This document shows, in pieces, positions 9,179 to 18,818 of a stretch of 42,204 nucleotides of DNA. This DNA is from a virus (Duplodnaviria > Caudoviricetes). Under the pieces are notes generated by a model. That model did no database searches. It saw only the letters and a program-made list of their open reading frames with translations, and was not told the DNA's origin. Where the stretch lies: positions 1-42,204 of the IMG/VR virus record IMGVR_UViG_3300036783_000051; one strand, 5' to 3'. A program made the position numbers and the translations under genes. Position 1 is the first letter of the stretch, and each line of letters starts with the position of its first letter.

Positions 9179-10396
9179 ATGCCTACGTACGGAACGCATA
9201 TTGCGCGTACCACGACAGGCTCTGACCCGCTGATTCCTGAGCCTCTGGCAGCCGAGATCATCCAGATGGCGCCAACTCAGAGCGCGGCACTGAGCCTGAT
9301 GAACAGTACGACACTCTCATCCAAGACGCAGCGCCAGCCCGTCCTCGACGTGCTGCCGGTCGCGTACTGGGTCGGTGGCGACACCGGCATGAAGCAGACG
9401 ACCATGGAGCAGTGGAAGAACGTGGTCATGGTCGTCGAGGAACTGGCCGTCATCGTACCGATCCCCGAGGCATATCTTGACGACGCGGATGTGCCGCTCT
9501 GGGGCCAGGTCCAGCCTCGCATCGTGGAGGCCGTCGGCCAGATGATTGACTACGCCGTTATCTGGGGCGTCAACAAGCCGACCACCTGGGGCGAGTCTGT
9601 TTTCCAAGGCGCGCTCAAGTCCAGCCAAGCTCTTGTTGAGGGCGCATCAGCTTCAACCGACCTCGGCCAGGACGTGTCCAACCTCGGTTTCCTGATGGCG
9701 CAGAATGGTTACGCGGTCAAGGGCTTCGCGGCCCAGCCGGGTATCAACTGGCGTCTCGTCGGCATCCGCTCCGCGCAGGGCGTGCCGATCTACCAGCCCG
9801 ACATGCAGTCTGGGGCGGGCGGTACGCTGTACGGATACAGGATGGCCGAGATCGACAACGGCTCGTGGAACGCTACAGTGGCGAGCGGCGCTACGCTGAT
9901 CTGCGGAGACTTCAGCAAGGCGATCATCGGCCTGCGCAAGGACATCTCGTTCAAGATGTTCACCGAGGGCGTCATCTCGGACGACTCCGGCAAGGTCATC
10001 CTGAACCTCATGCAGCAGGACTCCGTGGCCCTACGTATGACGATGCGGCTCGCGTACGCGACGGTTAACCCGGTCACGATCATGCAGCCTAACAAGACGA
10101 TCACCCAGCGCTGGCCGTTCGGCGCTCTCCTGCCGAAGACCAGCACGCTGACCGCCGCGCCGCCTATCAACGTCATCCAGGCACCTCCGTACCCGTACAC
10201 CGGCAGCTTCATGGCCGACGACGGACCCGGCACGGCCGAGCTGGACAACGAGCAGGACACGCCGGCCATGGAGGCTCACAACCAGGCTGTCGACGAGACA
10301 CGCGAGGAACGCCAGGCCGTGACCTCGCGGTCAAGGCGTCAAGGCTCTCAGCAAGAGCGCCAGAGCCAGCAGGAACGACGCACCAGCAAGGAGTAG
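9179..10396 (+). CDS. Major capsid protein (HK97 fold) with C-terminal extension
   Basis: LIPEPLAAEII, AYWVG, EELAVIVPIPE, GDFSKAIIGLRKDI and NLMQQDSVALR motifs; strongly biased codon usage. Confidence 0.95.
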   Translation: MPTYGTHIARTTTGSDPLIPEPLAAEIIQMAPTQSAALSLMNSTTLSSKTQRQPVLDVLPVAYWVGGDTGMKQTTMEQWKNVVMVVEELAVIVPIPEAYLDDADVPLWGQVQPRIVEAVGQMIDYAVIWGVNKPTTWGESVFQGALKSSQALVEGASASTDLGQDVSNLGFLMAQNGYAVKGFAAQPGINWRLVGIRSAQGVPIYQPDMQSGAGGTLYGYRMAEIDNGSWNATVASGATLICGDFSKAIIGLRKDISFKMFTEGVISDDSGKVILNLMQQDSVALRMTMRLAYATVNPVTIMQPNKTITQRWPFGALLPKTSTLTAAPPINVIQAPPYPYTGSFMADDGPGTAELDNEQDTPAMEAHNQAVDETREERQAVTSRSRRQGSQQERQSQQERRTSKE

Positions 10397-10399
10397 CCG

Positions 10400-11086
10400 G
10401 TGACAACTCCGGCTGGAGGTCTGCCTAGTCTGGCTACGCCCGATGATATCGTGGCCAGGCTAGGCAGGAACCTGAACCAGACAGAGGCAGCTCGCGTCGA
10501 TGCGATGCTGAAGGATGGTAGCGCTATCATCCGTCGGCGGGCGCGGAACACCTTCATGTACGTGGCATCTGACCTGATCACCATGTCAGCGTCGGACGGT
10601 CTCATTGTGTTGCCCGGACGGCCGATCTATAGCATCATATCGGTAGTGGCGAAGTCTGGCAATGTGATGATACCGGACATCCCTATCACCTGGTTCATTT
10701 TCGACGGCATAGATACGGTTACCATTCCAGAGCCTAGCTTCTCGGGCATCATCAATTTGCCCAGCTTCTGGTACGTCGACCAGTGGTATAGTCACTCGTA
10801 TGACACTACGTATGAGCACGGCTACAAGGATGTGCCTGCAGACATTGAGGGCCTTCTGTGCTCGGCCATCATCTCGGAGCTAGCCACGCCGACGCAGTCA
10901 GCAACTATTCAGGCTGAGACGGTTGGAGCGTATAGCTATACGATGCGCCGGAACCTGAGCGCTGGCTCTAGCGGCGGGTCACCCGCAATGGCCGGTATCT
11001 ACGCGGCGCTCAGGGACTTCGGCATGGAAGAGATACTAGCCGACTACAGGATGAAGGCGGGCTCGATCGCGGTGAGGCGGAGTTAA
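10400..11086 (+). CDS. Head-to-tail adaptor
   Basis: LATPDDIVARLGR...ETVGAYSYT motifs; post-capsid position. Confidence 0.85.
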   Translation: MTTPAGGLPSLATPDDIVARLGRNLNQTEAARVDAMLKDGSAIIRRRARNTFMYVASDLITMSASDGLIVLPGRPIYSIISVVAKSGNVMIPDIPITWFIFDGIDTVTIPEPSFSGIINLPSFWYVDQWYSHSYDTTYEHGYKDVPADIEGLLCSAIISELATPTQSATIQAETVGAYSYTMRRNLSAGSSGGSPAMAGIYAALRDFGMEEILADYRMKAGSIAVRRS

Positions 11087-11433
11087 TGTATCCAGCACTG
11101 CCATACGGTAAGATGGTGACACTGCGTCGCCGTGTAGTGGCAGGACAGGATGAATACAACAACGACACCTTTACCATTACGGAAGTTACGGTCGGACCCT
11201 GTTCAGTGCAGCAGGGGCATAGCGCAGAGACGGTGTCATACACAGACCGCGTTACGACCGACATTACGGTGTATGTGCCGTACGGGACTGATGTTGGTTT
11301 CATTGATGCTATCATCGTGGACGGCGCAGAATACGAGATTACTGGAGACCCAGCGCATTGGGTGTCTCCGTTCTCTGGTCGTACCGCACCGATCCGCATC
11401 GAGGGCCAACTGGTGAAGGGAGCGTCCCCGTGA
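11086..11433 (+). CDS. Head-to-tail stopper
   Basis: DEYNND...VDGAEYEITGDPAHWVSPFSG; synteny. Confidence 0.85.
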   Translation: MYPALPYGKMVTLRRRVVAGQDEYNNDTFTITEVTVGPCSVQQGHSAETVSYTDRVTTDITVYVPYGTDVGFIDAIIVDGAEYEITGDPAHWVSPFSGRTAPIRIEGQLVKGASP

Positions 11434-11780
11434 GTTACGAGCCTGACCAAGTGGGTATGAGTCGCTTCCTCAATTCCGTGGGAATGCTGGGCGTAGTCAA
11501 GCATTACGGCGACAAGATCAAGGACCGCGCTGAGGCTCTAGCCCCGGTCGGTTCGCCATGGGAGCCGGATGAGCACGCGGGTCGATACAAGGCGAGCTTT
11601 AGCGTCGAGGTCCATACGCTTGGCGGAGCTACTCACGACCGCGCGGAGGCTATTGTCAGCAACGACTCGCCAGAGGCCGTGTATGTAGAGTTCGGCGAGA
11701 GGGGCGGCGAGCCCTATCACACTCTGCTCCGCGCGGCTATGGAAGCGAGGGGCCTGTTATGCCAATCGCTCGGGTTGTAA
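11430..11780 (+). CDS. Neck / HK97 gp10-like protein
   Basis: GTG start with GTGA overlap; GRYKASF...AVYVEFG...HTLLRAA. Confidence 0.8.
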   Translation: MSYEPDQVGMSRFLNSVGMLGVVKHYGDKIKDRAEALAPVGSPWEPDEHAGRYKASFSVEVHTLGGATHDRAEAIVSNDSPEAVYVEFGERGGEPYHTLLRAAMEARGLLCQSLGL

Positions 11781-12172
11781 CTGTTATGCCGGACGTGGAG
11801 ATTGCTCTGTTGTACGCCCTCGGGCAGATGGAGCCGAACATTCGGTTTGTGACCGAAATGCCGACCGGCGACCTGGCGAGGATTACATGCCGTATCAGGC
11901 GTATTAGCGGGACGATGGGAGTCCATATATGGATGGACCATCCCGTCGTGGACATAGACCTCTGGGGACAGGTAAACCAGGGAATCAAGATGGCAGACGT
12001 ATCTGCCGCCGCGCGGAATGTTCAGGCAGACATGCAGTCCCTGAACAGCGCCATAGTATTGAACGGAGTGATACAGCATATAACGGTAATCAGCGGTCCC
12101 AAGTTTGTATCGGAGGTAAACCCCGGCCTGTTCCGTAACAACGCGACATATCTCGTTCGCATTCATCCATAG
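11759..12172 (+). CDS. Tail terminator
   Basis: PDVE...RIRRISG...DHPVVDIDLW; directly upstream of the tail tube gene. Confidence 0.8.
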   Translation: MPIARVVTVMPDVEIALLYALGQMEPNIRFVTEMPTGDLARITCRIRRISGTMGVHIWMDHPVVDIDLWGQVNQGIKMADVSAAARNVQADMQSLNSAIVLNGVIQHITVISGPKFVSEVNPGLFRNNATYLVRIHP

Positions 12173-12180
12173 GAGTAGAA

Positions 12181-12909
12181 GTGTCTACAGCAGAAAAGAA
12201 TTACCAGGAAGCCAACCCCCAGGTTACCGCAGATGACCCCACCCAGTTCGGACTCACTCCCCCGGCGACTGGCCCGTACAAGGACAACAACCTGCTCTAC
12301 GCCGCTGGCGATGTCGTGGTCTGGGCCGGACTCCCCAACCTCGGCGCTCCGCTCGGCTTCGAGGACCCGTCAGGTATCACCGCCGGCACATACAAGTGCC
12401 TCGGCTGGGTCGACGTGACCGGCTACATCTTCAAGCTCGACGAGACCGTCAAGGACGTACCGGCTGCTGGCGTGCTCACCCCGATCCGTACCCTACTCAC
12501 CGGCGGCACCAAGACCGTCCAGGCGACGTTCCTGGAAGGCATGAACCCGTACGTCCTGGCGATGTACGATGACGTGCCAGTCTTCCCTGTGGCATCGTCT
12601 CCTCTCAAGGCCACGACTACGGCAACGTCGGCTCTCCCCATCAACTCCGCGGTCTATACGATTCCCGACCCGCCGGCCGACAACCGGTATGGCCTGATCT
12701 TCGACAGCATCGACGGCACGAAGCAGGAGCGCCTGTACGCGCCGTTCGCCAAGGTGACCGCTCGCGGGAACCGGCAGGCCCAGCAGGGCGACATCATCTC
12801 GACGGACTTGACCTTCACGTTCTACCCCGGCACCATCGGGTCGAACACCCAGGCCGTCGCGCAGCGGGCCGTGAACTACGGCAAGGCCATGACAACCTAC
12901 TTCACCTGA
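12181..12909 (+). CDS. Major tail (tube) protein
   Basis: CLGWVD..G, TVQATFLE, RLYAPFAKVTARG and DLTFTFYP; synteny; biased codons. Confidence 0.9.
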   Translation: MSTAEKNYQEANPQVTADDPTQFGLTPPATGPYKDNNLLYAAGDVVVWAGLPNLGAPLGFEDPSGITAGTYKCLGWVDVTGYIFKLDETVKDVPAAGVLTPIRTLLTGGTKTVQATFLEGMNPYVLAMYDDVPVFPVASSPLKATTTATSALPINSAVYTIPDPPADNRYGLIFDSIDGTKQERLYAPFAKVTARGNRQAQQGDIISTDLTFTFYPGTIGSNTQAVAQRAVNYGKAMTTYFT

Positions 12910-12921
12910 TAGGCGGTCATC

Positions 12922-13329
12922 ATGGCTGTTCCAAAGTCAGAGCGCGATCAAGCCGCTCTTCAGCCCGCGTACGATCCAGGCGACCAAGATGTGCCAGAGG
13001 TCGACCTTGACCTCGACATGATGGATGAGCAGCTTCGCAAGGAACGTGTTGGGAAGCCAGTTACTGTCAGACTTGACGGTACGGTCATTCACATCACAAA
13101 CGCGGCCGACTGGTCATCATCAGCGATGGAGCTTGCCTCAACCGGTAGCTGGACGGGGTGGGCTCGCGAAGTCATCGAGGATGACGACGAGTACAAGGCA
13201 TGGGTTGGCGCTGACCTGAAGAACTATCAGGTCGAGGCAGTGTTTGACGAGTGCGGACGGAGTTCCCGCCTGGACGCGGGAAAATCTCGGAAGCAGTCTG
13301 GGTCACGTCGAGGTTCCCAGAGGAGATAG
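12922..13329 (+). CDS. Tail assembly chaperone (gpG-like)
   Basis: Between tail tube and tape measure; slippery site near its 3' end. Confidence 0.85.
   Translation: MAVPKSERDQAALQPAYDPGDQDVPEVDLDLDMMDEQLRKERVGKPVTVRLDGTVIHITNAADWSSSAMELASTGSWTGWAREVIEDDDEYKAWVGADLKNYQVEAVFDECGRSSRLDAGKSRKQSGSRRGSQRR
13278..13284 (+). other. -1 programmed ribosomal frameshift site G GGA AAA
   Basis: GGGAAAA in frame at DAGK; the -1 frame continues GKISEAVW to the stop at 13775. Confidence 0.88.
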
Positions 13330-13775
13330 AAGCTGATCTAGCAAGGTATTACGGCCTGGACTTCGTAGACCTGTTCATGCCGGGTACCATGCTGACGTGG
13401 CGCAAGCTGCTTGTGCTGCTCAAGTTTCTGCCTCCAGAGGGCGCGTTGAACACGGCCATGCGCAATGAGATGCCGGAGGGCGAGCTATTCCGAGAGGATG
13501 ACACCAACGATCCCGCTAAGGGGCGTTGGAGTACCATCGAGATGATGCTCGCCACCCTGATAGACGAGGTTCGGATGAACACATGGGCGACTGTACAGCT
13601 CAAGTCTGAGAAGAAGTTGCCGCGCCCAGAGCCCATCCGTCGTCCTGGCCGTAGCAGCAGGCCTGCCGCCAAGAGGATGTCTCTTGAGGACGCCCAGAGG
13701 CTGGACCCGCGTCTGCGCGGAAAGACTGCCGAGGAAGCCCAGGCTATGCTAGACCAGATTAGAGGGCTAAACTGA
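13278..13775 (+). CDS. Tail assembly chaperone, frameshifted C-terminal part (gpGT-like)
   Basis: IEADLARYYGLD...LTWRKLLVLLKFLPPE...PEPIRRPG; no good independent start. Confidence 0.85.
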   Translation, partial: GKISEAVWVTSRFPEEIEADLARYYGLDFVDLFMPGTMLTWRKLLVLLKFLPPEGALNTAMRNEMPEGELFREDDTNDPAKGRWSTIEMMLATLIDEVRMNTWATVQLKSEKKLPRPEPIRRPGRSSRPAAKRMSLEDAQRLDPRLRGKTAEEAQAMLDQIRGLN

Positions 13776-16700
13776 TGGCTGACAATATATTCGTAGGGTC
13801 AGTCTCGGTAGGCGTTGTTCCTGACCTAACCGGTTTCAACGAGAAGATGCGGAAGGAGCTGCTGCCTGCAGCTAACCGCATCGGCCGGGATATGGGAAAG
13901 GAGATCACGAGTGGCATAATCAAGGAATTTGATATAGCCAAGGTGGTCAAGAGTGTTACGCCTAAGGCTACAGTCGCGGCCAAGGTCATGGGCACCGCGA
14001 TGGGAAGGGAGGCAATCAAGGGATTTGGTGATGTCTTTGACATCGGCAAGATAGTTCTTGAGGCCACTGTTAGGGCAAAGCCTCAGGCTAGGCTAGCGGG
14101 GCGCGCGCTAGGCGATGTCTATGGCAGGGAGTTCAGGCGAGGGCTCGATGACGCGCTGAAGGGCATCAAGCCCAAGGTCGATATTGACATAAACAAGGCA
14201 TCCCTGGCGAGAGCCGCGAAAGAAGTCAGGGACTCTGTTGGCGGAAGCGTAAAGGTCGGAGTCAGCAAGGGCGTTGGCGATGGAGTCAGTGACGCTACAA
14301 AGGGACCTAACAGCGGCAAGATCGGGAATGAGATTGGCAGCTTCTTTGGCACCGGTATCCTTTCTGGTTTGGCCGGACTTCCGCCACAAGTGCAGATAGG
14401 TCTCGGCGCAGCAGCGGCAGCCGCAGCTCCGTTCATAGGCCAGGTTATCGGCGGCAGCATTATCTCGGTTCTCGGCACCGGCTTGCTTGCGGTCGGCGTT
14501 GCTGGGGCAGTAGGCGTTGGGAAGACAGTCCCGTCAAGAGTGGTGACTGAGGATCAGCAGAAGCTAGATGCCGCTAACCAGAGGGTCATAGCTGCTCAGC
14601 AGCGCCTGAATACTCTACAAGGTGGCGGGGCAACCTCTGCCTCGGCCTTGGCTTCGGCTCGGGCTAGTCTAGCTAGCGCTCAGGACGGCCTTAACAGGGC
14701 AGAGGGCTCTGGTACGACTACTGCTTTGGGCCTACATGCCGCTAGTCTCAGGGTATCGGCGGCCCAGGATCGGTTGAATAAACTTCAGTCTGGGGGCAAG
14801 GCTAGCACACAACAGCTTGCGTCGGCCGAGGCCAGACTGGAGACCGCGAGGGCCACTCAGTCAGCAGCGCAGCACAAGAGGCAGATAGACGCCGAGAATG
14901 CCCTGACAAAAGGCCAGGAGGGCGTACGCAAGTCATTTGAGAATTTGCAAAATCAGTTTACTGATAGTCTGTCTAAGATAGGGCAGTCGTTCGTCCCGGT
15001 GCTGAATTCACTGGCTGGCGTAGCATCCGGTGTTCTCGGGAAGATTACTCCTGTATTCACAACTGCTGTCAAGGCGCTAGCCGAGCCATTCGCAAACATG
15101 GCAACGGTTTTCTTGAAGAGCTTGGCCGACCCGCAGGTTGTATCAGCGATACAGGCCGTGGCAAATGCATTCGCTGATATCATGATAGCATTCGCTCCTG
15201 ATATTCCTGGTATTGTCAATTCATTCGCCGACTCTATCGAGCGGATAGCCAATGCTGTAGCGAAGAATCCAAAGGCATTCGCAGACTTCCTAAACTTCAT
15301 TTTCCAGATCGGCATCCTCGCTCTCAACACTATAGCCTACCTGACTGATATCGCGGTCTGGATTGAGAAAAACTGGAACTGGATTAGATGGATTGTCATA
15401 CCGGAGATAATAGGGCTAGAACTAGCGATACACTACATTATCAAGTTCCGTCATGATATCGCTCACTGGTTTGACGATATACGGCATTATGTCTCTAATC
15501 AATGGGATTTGATGTGGCAGGATACTATCGGCAATACTATCCGGGCCCAGCGACATCTTCAAATCCTGATAACTGCTTGGTTGCATAACCTGGCACACTG
15601 GTTTGATGTAGCTAGGCATGATGTTGCGCACATCTGGGACTTGATGTGGCAGGACACGGTCGGGTCAACTATCAGGCAGCAGCGACACCTACAGCAACTG
15701 ATAACGAGCTGGCTACATAACCTAGCGCACTGGTTCGACGTAGCCCGTCATGATGTATCAGCCGCGTGGGACTCTATGTGGAGCCATCTCTTCGACTGGG
15801 CCGTCAAGGGCTGGGGCAAGATTTACAACAACGTCTGGGTGCCGGTACGAGACTTCTTCACGAGGACTTTGCCTGGTTGGTTCCGTACTGCTGTCAATTC
15901 GATTGGCGATGTCTGGGATAAGATTAGAGCTAAGATATCAGCGCCTATACAGTGGGTCGCCGCGCACGTCCTTGGCGGGCTGTTCGATGCTATTGACAAG
16001 ATCACCAGCTTTGTCGGCATCGGGGCTCCGCTCAAGGGCGCGTCCGACTCCCTGAAGAGTATCGGCAAGGCTCGCGGAGGCTACATCAGCCAAGGCGATC
16101 CCGGCCGAGACTCTGTCTTCTCCATGCTCAGGTATGGCGAAGTCGTTGTGCCTACCGAAATGGTCAATGCCGGGGCTGTCGACCACCTGCGCGGAATGCT
16201 GCCTGACTTCCCGGCTACCGGTTATGCACATGGAGGACGGGCGTCGCAGCCAAACAAGGTTGTGAAGCATCCCGATAGCGACGTTGGCTACATATTCTTC
16301 CCCGGCGTAGTTCCGCAGTTTGCCTCGGGTGGCCAGGTCGAGCAAAGTATGCTCAACTTCATGCTATCGAAGCGCGGACAGCCTTACTCGGAGGCGCAGC
16401 GCTGGGGCATGCCGCCGTGGGACTGCTCTAGCCTAGTTTGGACTGCCGCAAACCGTGCGGGCGTACCGATCCCGCAGTCGCAAGCCATTGCCGCGTCTGA
16501 GGCAAACTGGTTCGGCGGATACCCTGGTACGTACACGTACGGTAACCGCATGATGACTCAGGCCGGTGACATCCTGGCCTTTACTGGCGCAGCTCCTGGG
16601 CAGTCACGGTACGGCGGCGTCGGCCATATCGGTATGGCTGCTAACTCGTCGACTATGATCTCTGCGCTAGGCAGCAGGTACGGCGTCACGCTTTCGGGCA

Positions 16701-18817
16701 TCGGTCAGGACTTCGTTCAGGGCTTCAGGCTAGGCGGGCCGGGCGGCAAGAATATCCTGTCCAAGATTGGCGCATTCATCGGCGGTGCCTTCCGTACTCT
16801 AGGCGACATCTTCAGCGGATTGAAGAGGTTTGGGTCCATAGGTATCGACCTCGCCAAGGGAAACGTGTCTGGGGCGATCAGGGCCCTGCTAGGTCAGTTT
16901 AAGCCCGGTACGGGCGGAGCAAGCGGAGACCTCGGCAGGATGCTTCTTGGACTACCGCCGAAGCTGGTCGGTGAAGTGCTCAAGAAGATCGTTGGCTCTG
17001 TCAAGAGCTTCGCATCCAGCCAGCAGTCTGTTAGTGGTGCCCCTGGCGTACCGCCTGCTCATGGTAGCGCCCTGGCCGCTCAGAACTATGCCAGGGCTCA
17101 CCTGGCTCAATTCGGCTGGGGTCCCGGCCAGTTCCCGCCGCTGCTCTCGTTGTGGCAGGGCGAGAGCGGTTGGAACGCTAATGCGGTCAATCCGGGTAGC
17201 GGCGCGATGGGTATTCCTCAGGCCCTCGGCCACGGCCATGTGTTCAATCTCGGCGACTATGCTAACCAGGTTATGTGGGGCCTGAACTACATCAAGGGTA
17301 GTTATGGGTCACCGGCGGCAGCCCTTGCTAAGTGGCTGAGTCGTAGCCCGCACTGGTACGGTCGAGGGACGGGCTCCGATGGCGCGGCAGCCGGCTGGGG
17401 CATAGTGGGCGAGAACGGCCCAGAGTTCGTGAACTTCCACGGCGGCGAGACTGTCCTGCCTCACGGTATGATACCTGGGTACGCTAGTGGCGCTGCCGAG
17501 CAACTGATCCGCGCGGAGATTCAGCGGGATCAAGTCCAGCTCCGCGTTCTGGAGAACAGCCTGAGGCTAGCCGGTACGGCGATAGCTAGGGCGCACTACC
17601 AGGCCGAGATCAGGGTTGAGCAAGCCAGGATAGCTGTCCTGAATGAGAACCTCAGGAAGCTTACCTCAGCTCATGTCACTTCCCTGAACAGGCTAGCCGC
17701 GACCCAGATACGAGCCTTCCAGACTGCGGGCGCTACCGTAGCCGCAGCGTACGCTAAGATAACAACAGCTACTACGCCAGCGTCGTACGCGAGTGACCTG
17801 AGTAGGTTCCTGAAGGAGATCAGGCTATACTTCACTCCGTCGGTCGCAAACGCTCGCTCTAACCTGGTCATCTCGCAGAACAGACGGATGCAGTCGCTAG
17901 AGACTCAGATCAAGGACCTGGCAACGAAGATCACGAACGCCAATGCTCTGCAAAAGCAGGTTCAGGCTAGTATCCAGCGCACGACCGGACTGACTACGAT
18001 CGGCATTCAAGGCCAGGGCCGAGCTCAGAGCTACAACCTTCTGGCTAGCCTACGGTCGCAGACCGGGATCGTGCGAAACTTCGGCACTTCAATCAGGGAC
18101 CTAGCGCGGGCGGGCGCGTCGTCGGCGGTGCTACAAAGCGTAGCGCTGATGGACCCGACCTCAGGCACGACGTACGCGAAGAGCATGACTCGCGCCCTGA
18201 GGCGGCTACACGGTATCAAGGCCCCGCAGTCTATCATCAACCAGCTTGTCGCGGCTGGGCCTGAAGCTGCTAACGCTTACGTCGATGCCATCACCGCGGC
18301 TGGCCCCACGGTCAGGAACCAGATATTCGCAGCGGCTAACGCACTGGCCGCAGCCCAGCTTGGAGCCTCGCGCGGAGCTACCTCGCTAGTCTCGGGCGGC
18401 GGATACAACACCGGCGCTAGCTTCATCGCGGGGCTAAGGTCGCAGCAGACGCACCTTAATAACATATTCAAGGGGCTCGGGCGTACCATGGCCCAGGAGG
18501 CTATCAGGTGGTTCAACGTACCGGCGAACAGGAGGCCGCACGGCTACCAGCATGGCGGCTGGATCGAGGAGCCTATCAGCGGCGTCGGCCTCTGGTCCGG
18601 CAGCCCGTACACGTTCGCAGAGAATGGGCGACGCGAGTACGTCATTTCCGGGGACGATATACACCCGCGTGGGCACGACGGTAGCTCTCATGGAACCGAG
18701 TATCATGCTCACTTCGACGGCCTGACTCGCGCCGCGATCGAGTCTCATGTCAGGACAGCTTTCAGCGCTATGTCGCTAACGCAAGGCAGTTTCAACAGGC
18801 AGGGACGGAGGACCTGA
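13775..18817 (+). CDS. Tape measure protein with NlpC/P60 and lytic transglycosylase domains
   Basis: 1680 aa; VGSVSVGVVPD N-terminus; Trp-periodic repeats; WDCSSLV...GHIG; ESGWNANAVNPGSGAMGIPQAL. Confidence 0.95.
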   Translation: MADNIFVGSVSVGVVPDLTGFNEKMRKELLPAANRIGRDMGKEITSGIIKEFDIAKVVKSVTPKATVAAKVMGTAMGREAIKGFGDVFDIGKIVLEATVRAKPQARLAGRALGDVYGREFRRGLDDALKGIKPKVDIDINKASLARAAKEVRDSVGGSVKVGVSKGVGDGVSDATKGPNSGKIGNEIGSFFGTGILSGLAGLPPQVQIGLGAAAAAAAPFIGQVIGGSIISVLGTGLLAVGVAGAVGVGKTVPSRVVTEDQQKLDAANQRVIAAQQRLNTLQGGGATSASALASARASLASAQDGLNRAEGSGTTTALGLHAASLRVSAAQDRLNKLQSGGKASTQQLASAEARLETARATQSAAQHKRQIDAENALTKGQEGVRKSFENLQNQFTDSLSKIGQSFVPVLNSLAGVASGVLGKITPVFTTAVKALAEPFANMATVFLKSLADPQVVSAIQAVANAFADIMIAFAPDIPGIVNSFADSIERIANAVAKNPKAFADFLNFIFQIGILALNTIAYLTDIAVWIEKNWNWIRWIVIPEIIGLELAIHYIIKFRHDIAHWFDDIRHYVSNQWDLMWQDTIGNTIRAQRHLQILITAWLHNLAHWFDVARHDVAHIWDLMWQDTVGSTIRQQRHLQQLITSWLHNLAHWFDVARHDVSAAWDSMWSHLFDWAVKGWGKIYNNVWVPVRDFFTRTLPGWFRTAVNSIGDVWDKIRAKISAPIQWVAAHVLGGLFDAIDKITSFVGIGAPLKGASDSLKSIGKARGGYISQGDPGRDSVFSMLRYGEVVVPTEMVNAGAVDHLRGMLPDFPATGYAHGGRASQPNKVVKHPDSDVGYIFFPGVVPQFASGGQVEQSMLNFMLSKRGQPYSEAQRWGMPPWDCSSLVWTAANRAGVPIPQSQAIAASEANWFGGYPGTYTYGNRMMTQAGDILAFTGAAPGQSRYGGVGHIGMAANSSTMISALGSRYGVTLSGIGQDFVQGFRLGGPGGKNILSKIGAFIGGAFRTLGDIFSGLKRFGSIGIDLAKGNVSGAIRALLGQFKPGTGGASGDLGRMLLGLPPKLVGEVLKKIVGSVKSFASSQQSVSGAPGVPPAHGSALAAQNYARAHLAQFGWGPGQFPPLLSLWQGESGWNANAVNPGSGAMGIPQALGHGHVFNLGDYANQVMWGLNYIKGSYGSPAAALAKWLSRSPHWYGRGTGSDGAAAGWGIVGENGPEFVNFHGGETVLPHGMIPGYASGAAEQLIRAEIQRDQVQLRVLENSLRLAGTAIARAHYQAEIRVEQARIAVLNENLRKLTSAHVTSLNRLAATQIRAFQTAGATVAAAYAKITTATTPASYASDLSRFLKEIRLYFTPSVANARSNLVISQNRRMQSLETQIKDLATKITNANALQKQVQASIQRTTGLTTIGIQGQGRAQSYNLLASLRSQTGIVRNFGTSIRDLARAGASSAVLQSVALMDPTSGTTYAKSMTRALRRLHGIKAPQSIINQLVAAGPEAANAYVDAITAAGPTVRNQIFAAANALAAAQLGASRGATSLVSGGGYNTGASFIAGLRSQQTHLNNIFKGLGRTMAQEAIRWFNVPANRRPHGYQHGGWIEEPISGVGLWSGSPYTFAENGRREYVISGDDIHPRGHDGSSHGTEYHAHFDGLTRAAIESHVRTAFSAMSLTQGSFNRQGRRT

Positions 18818-18818
18818 T

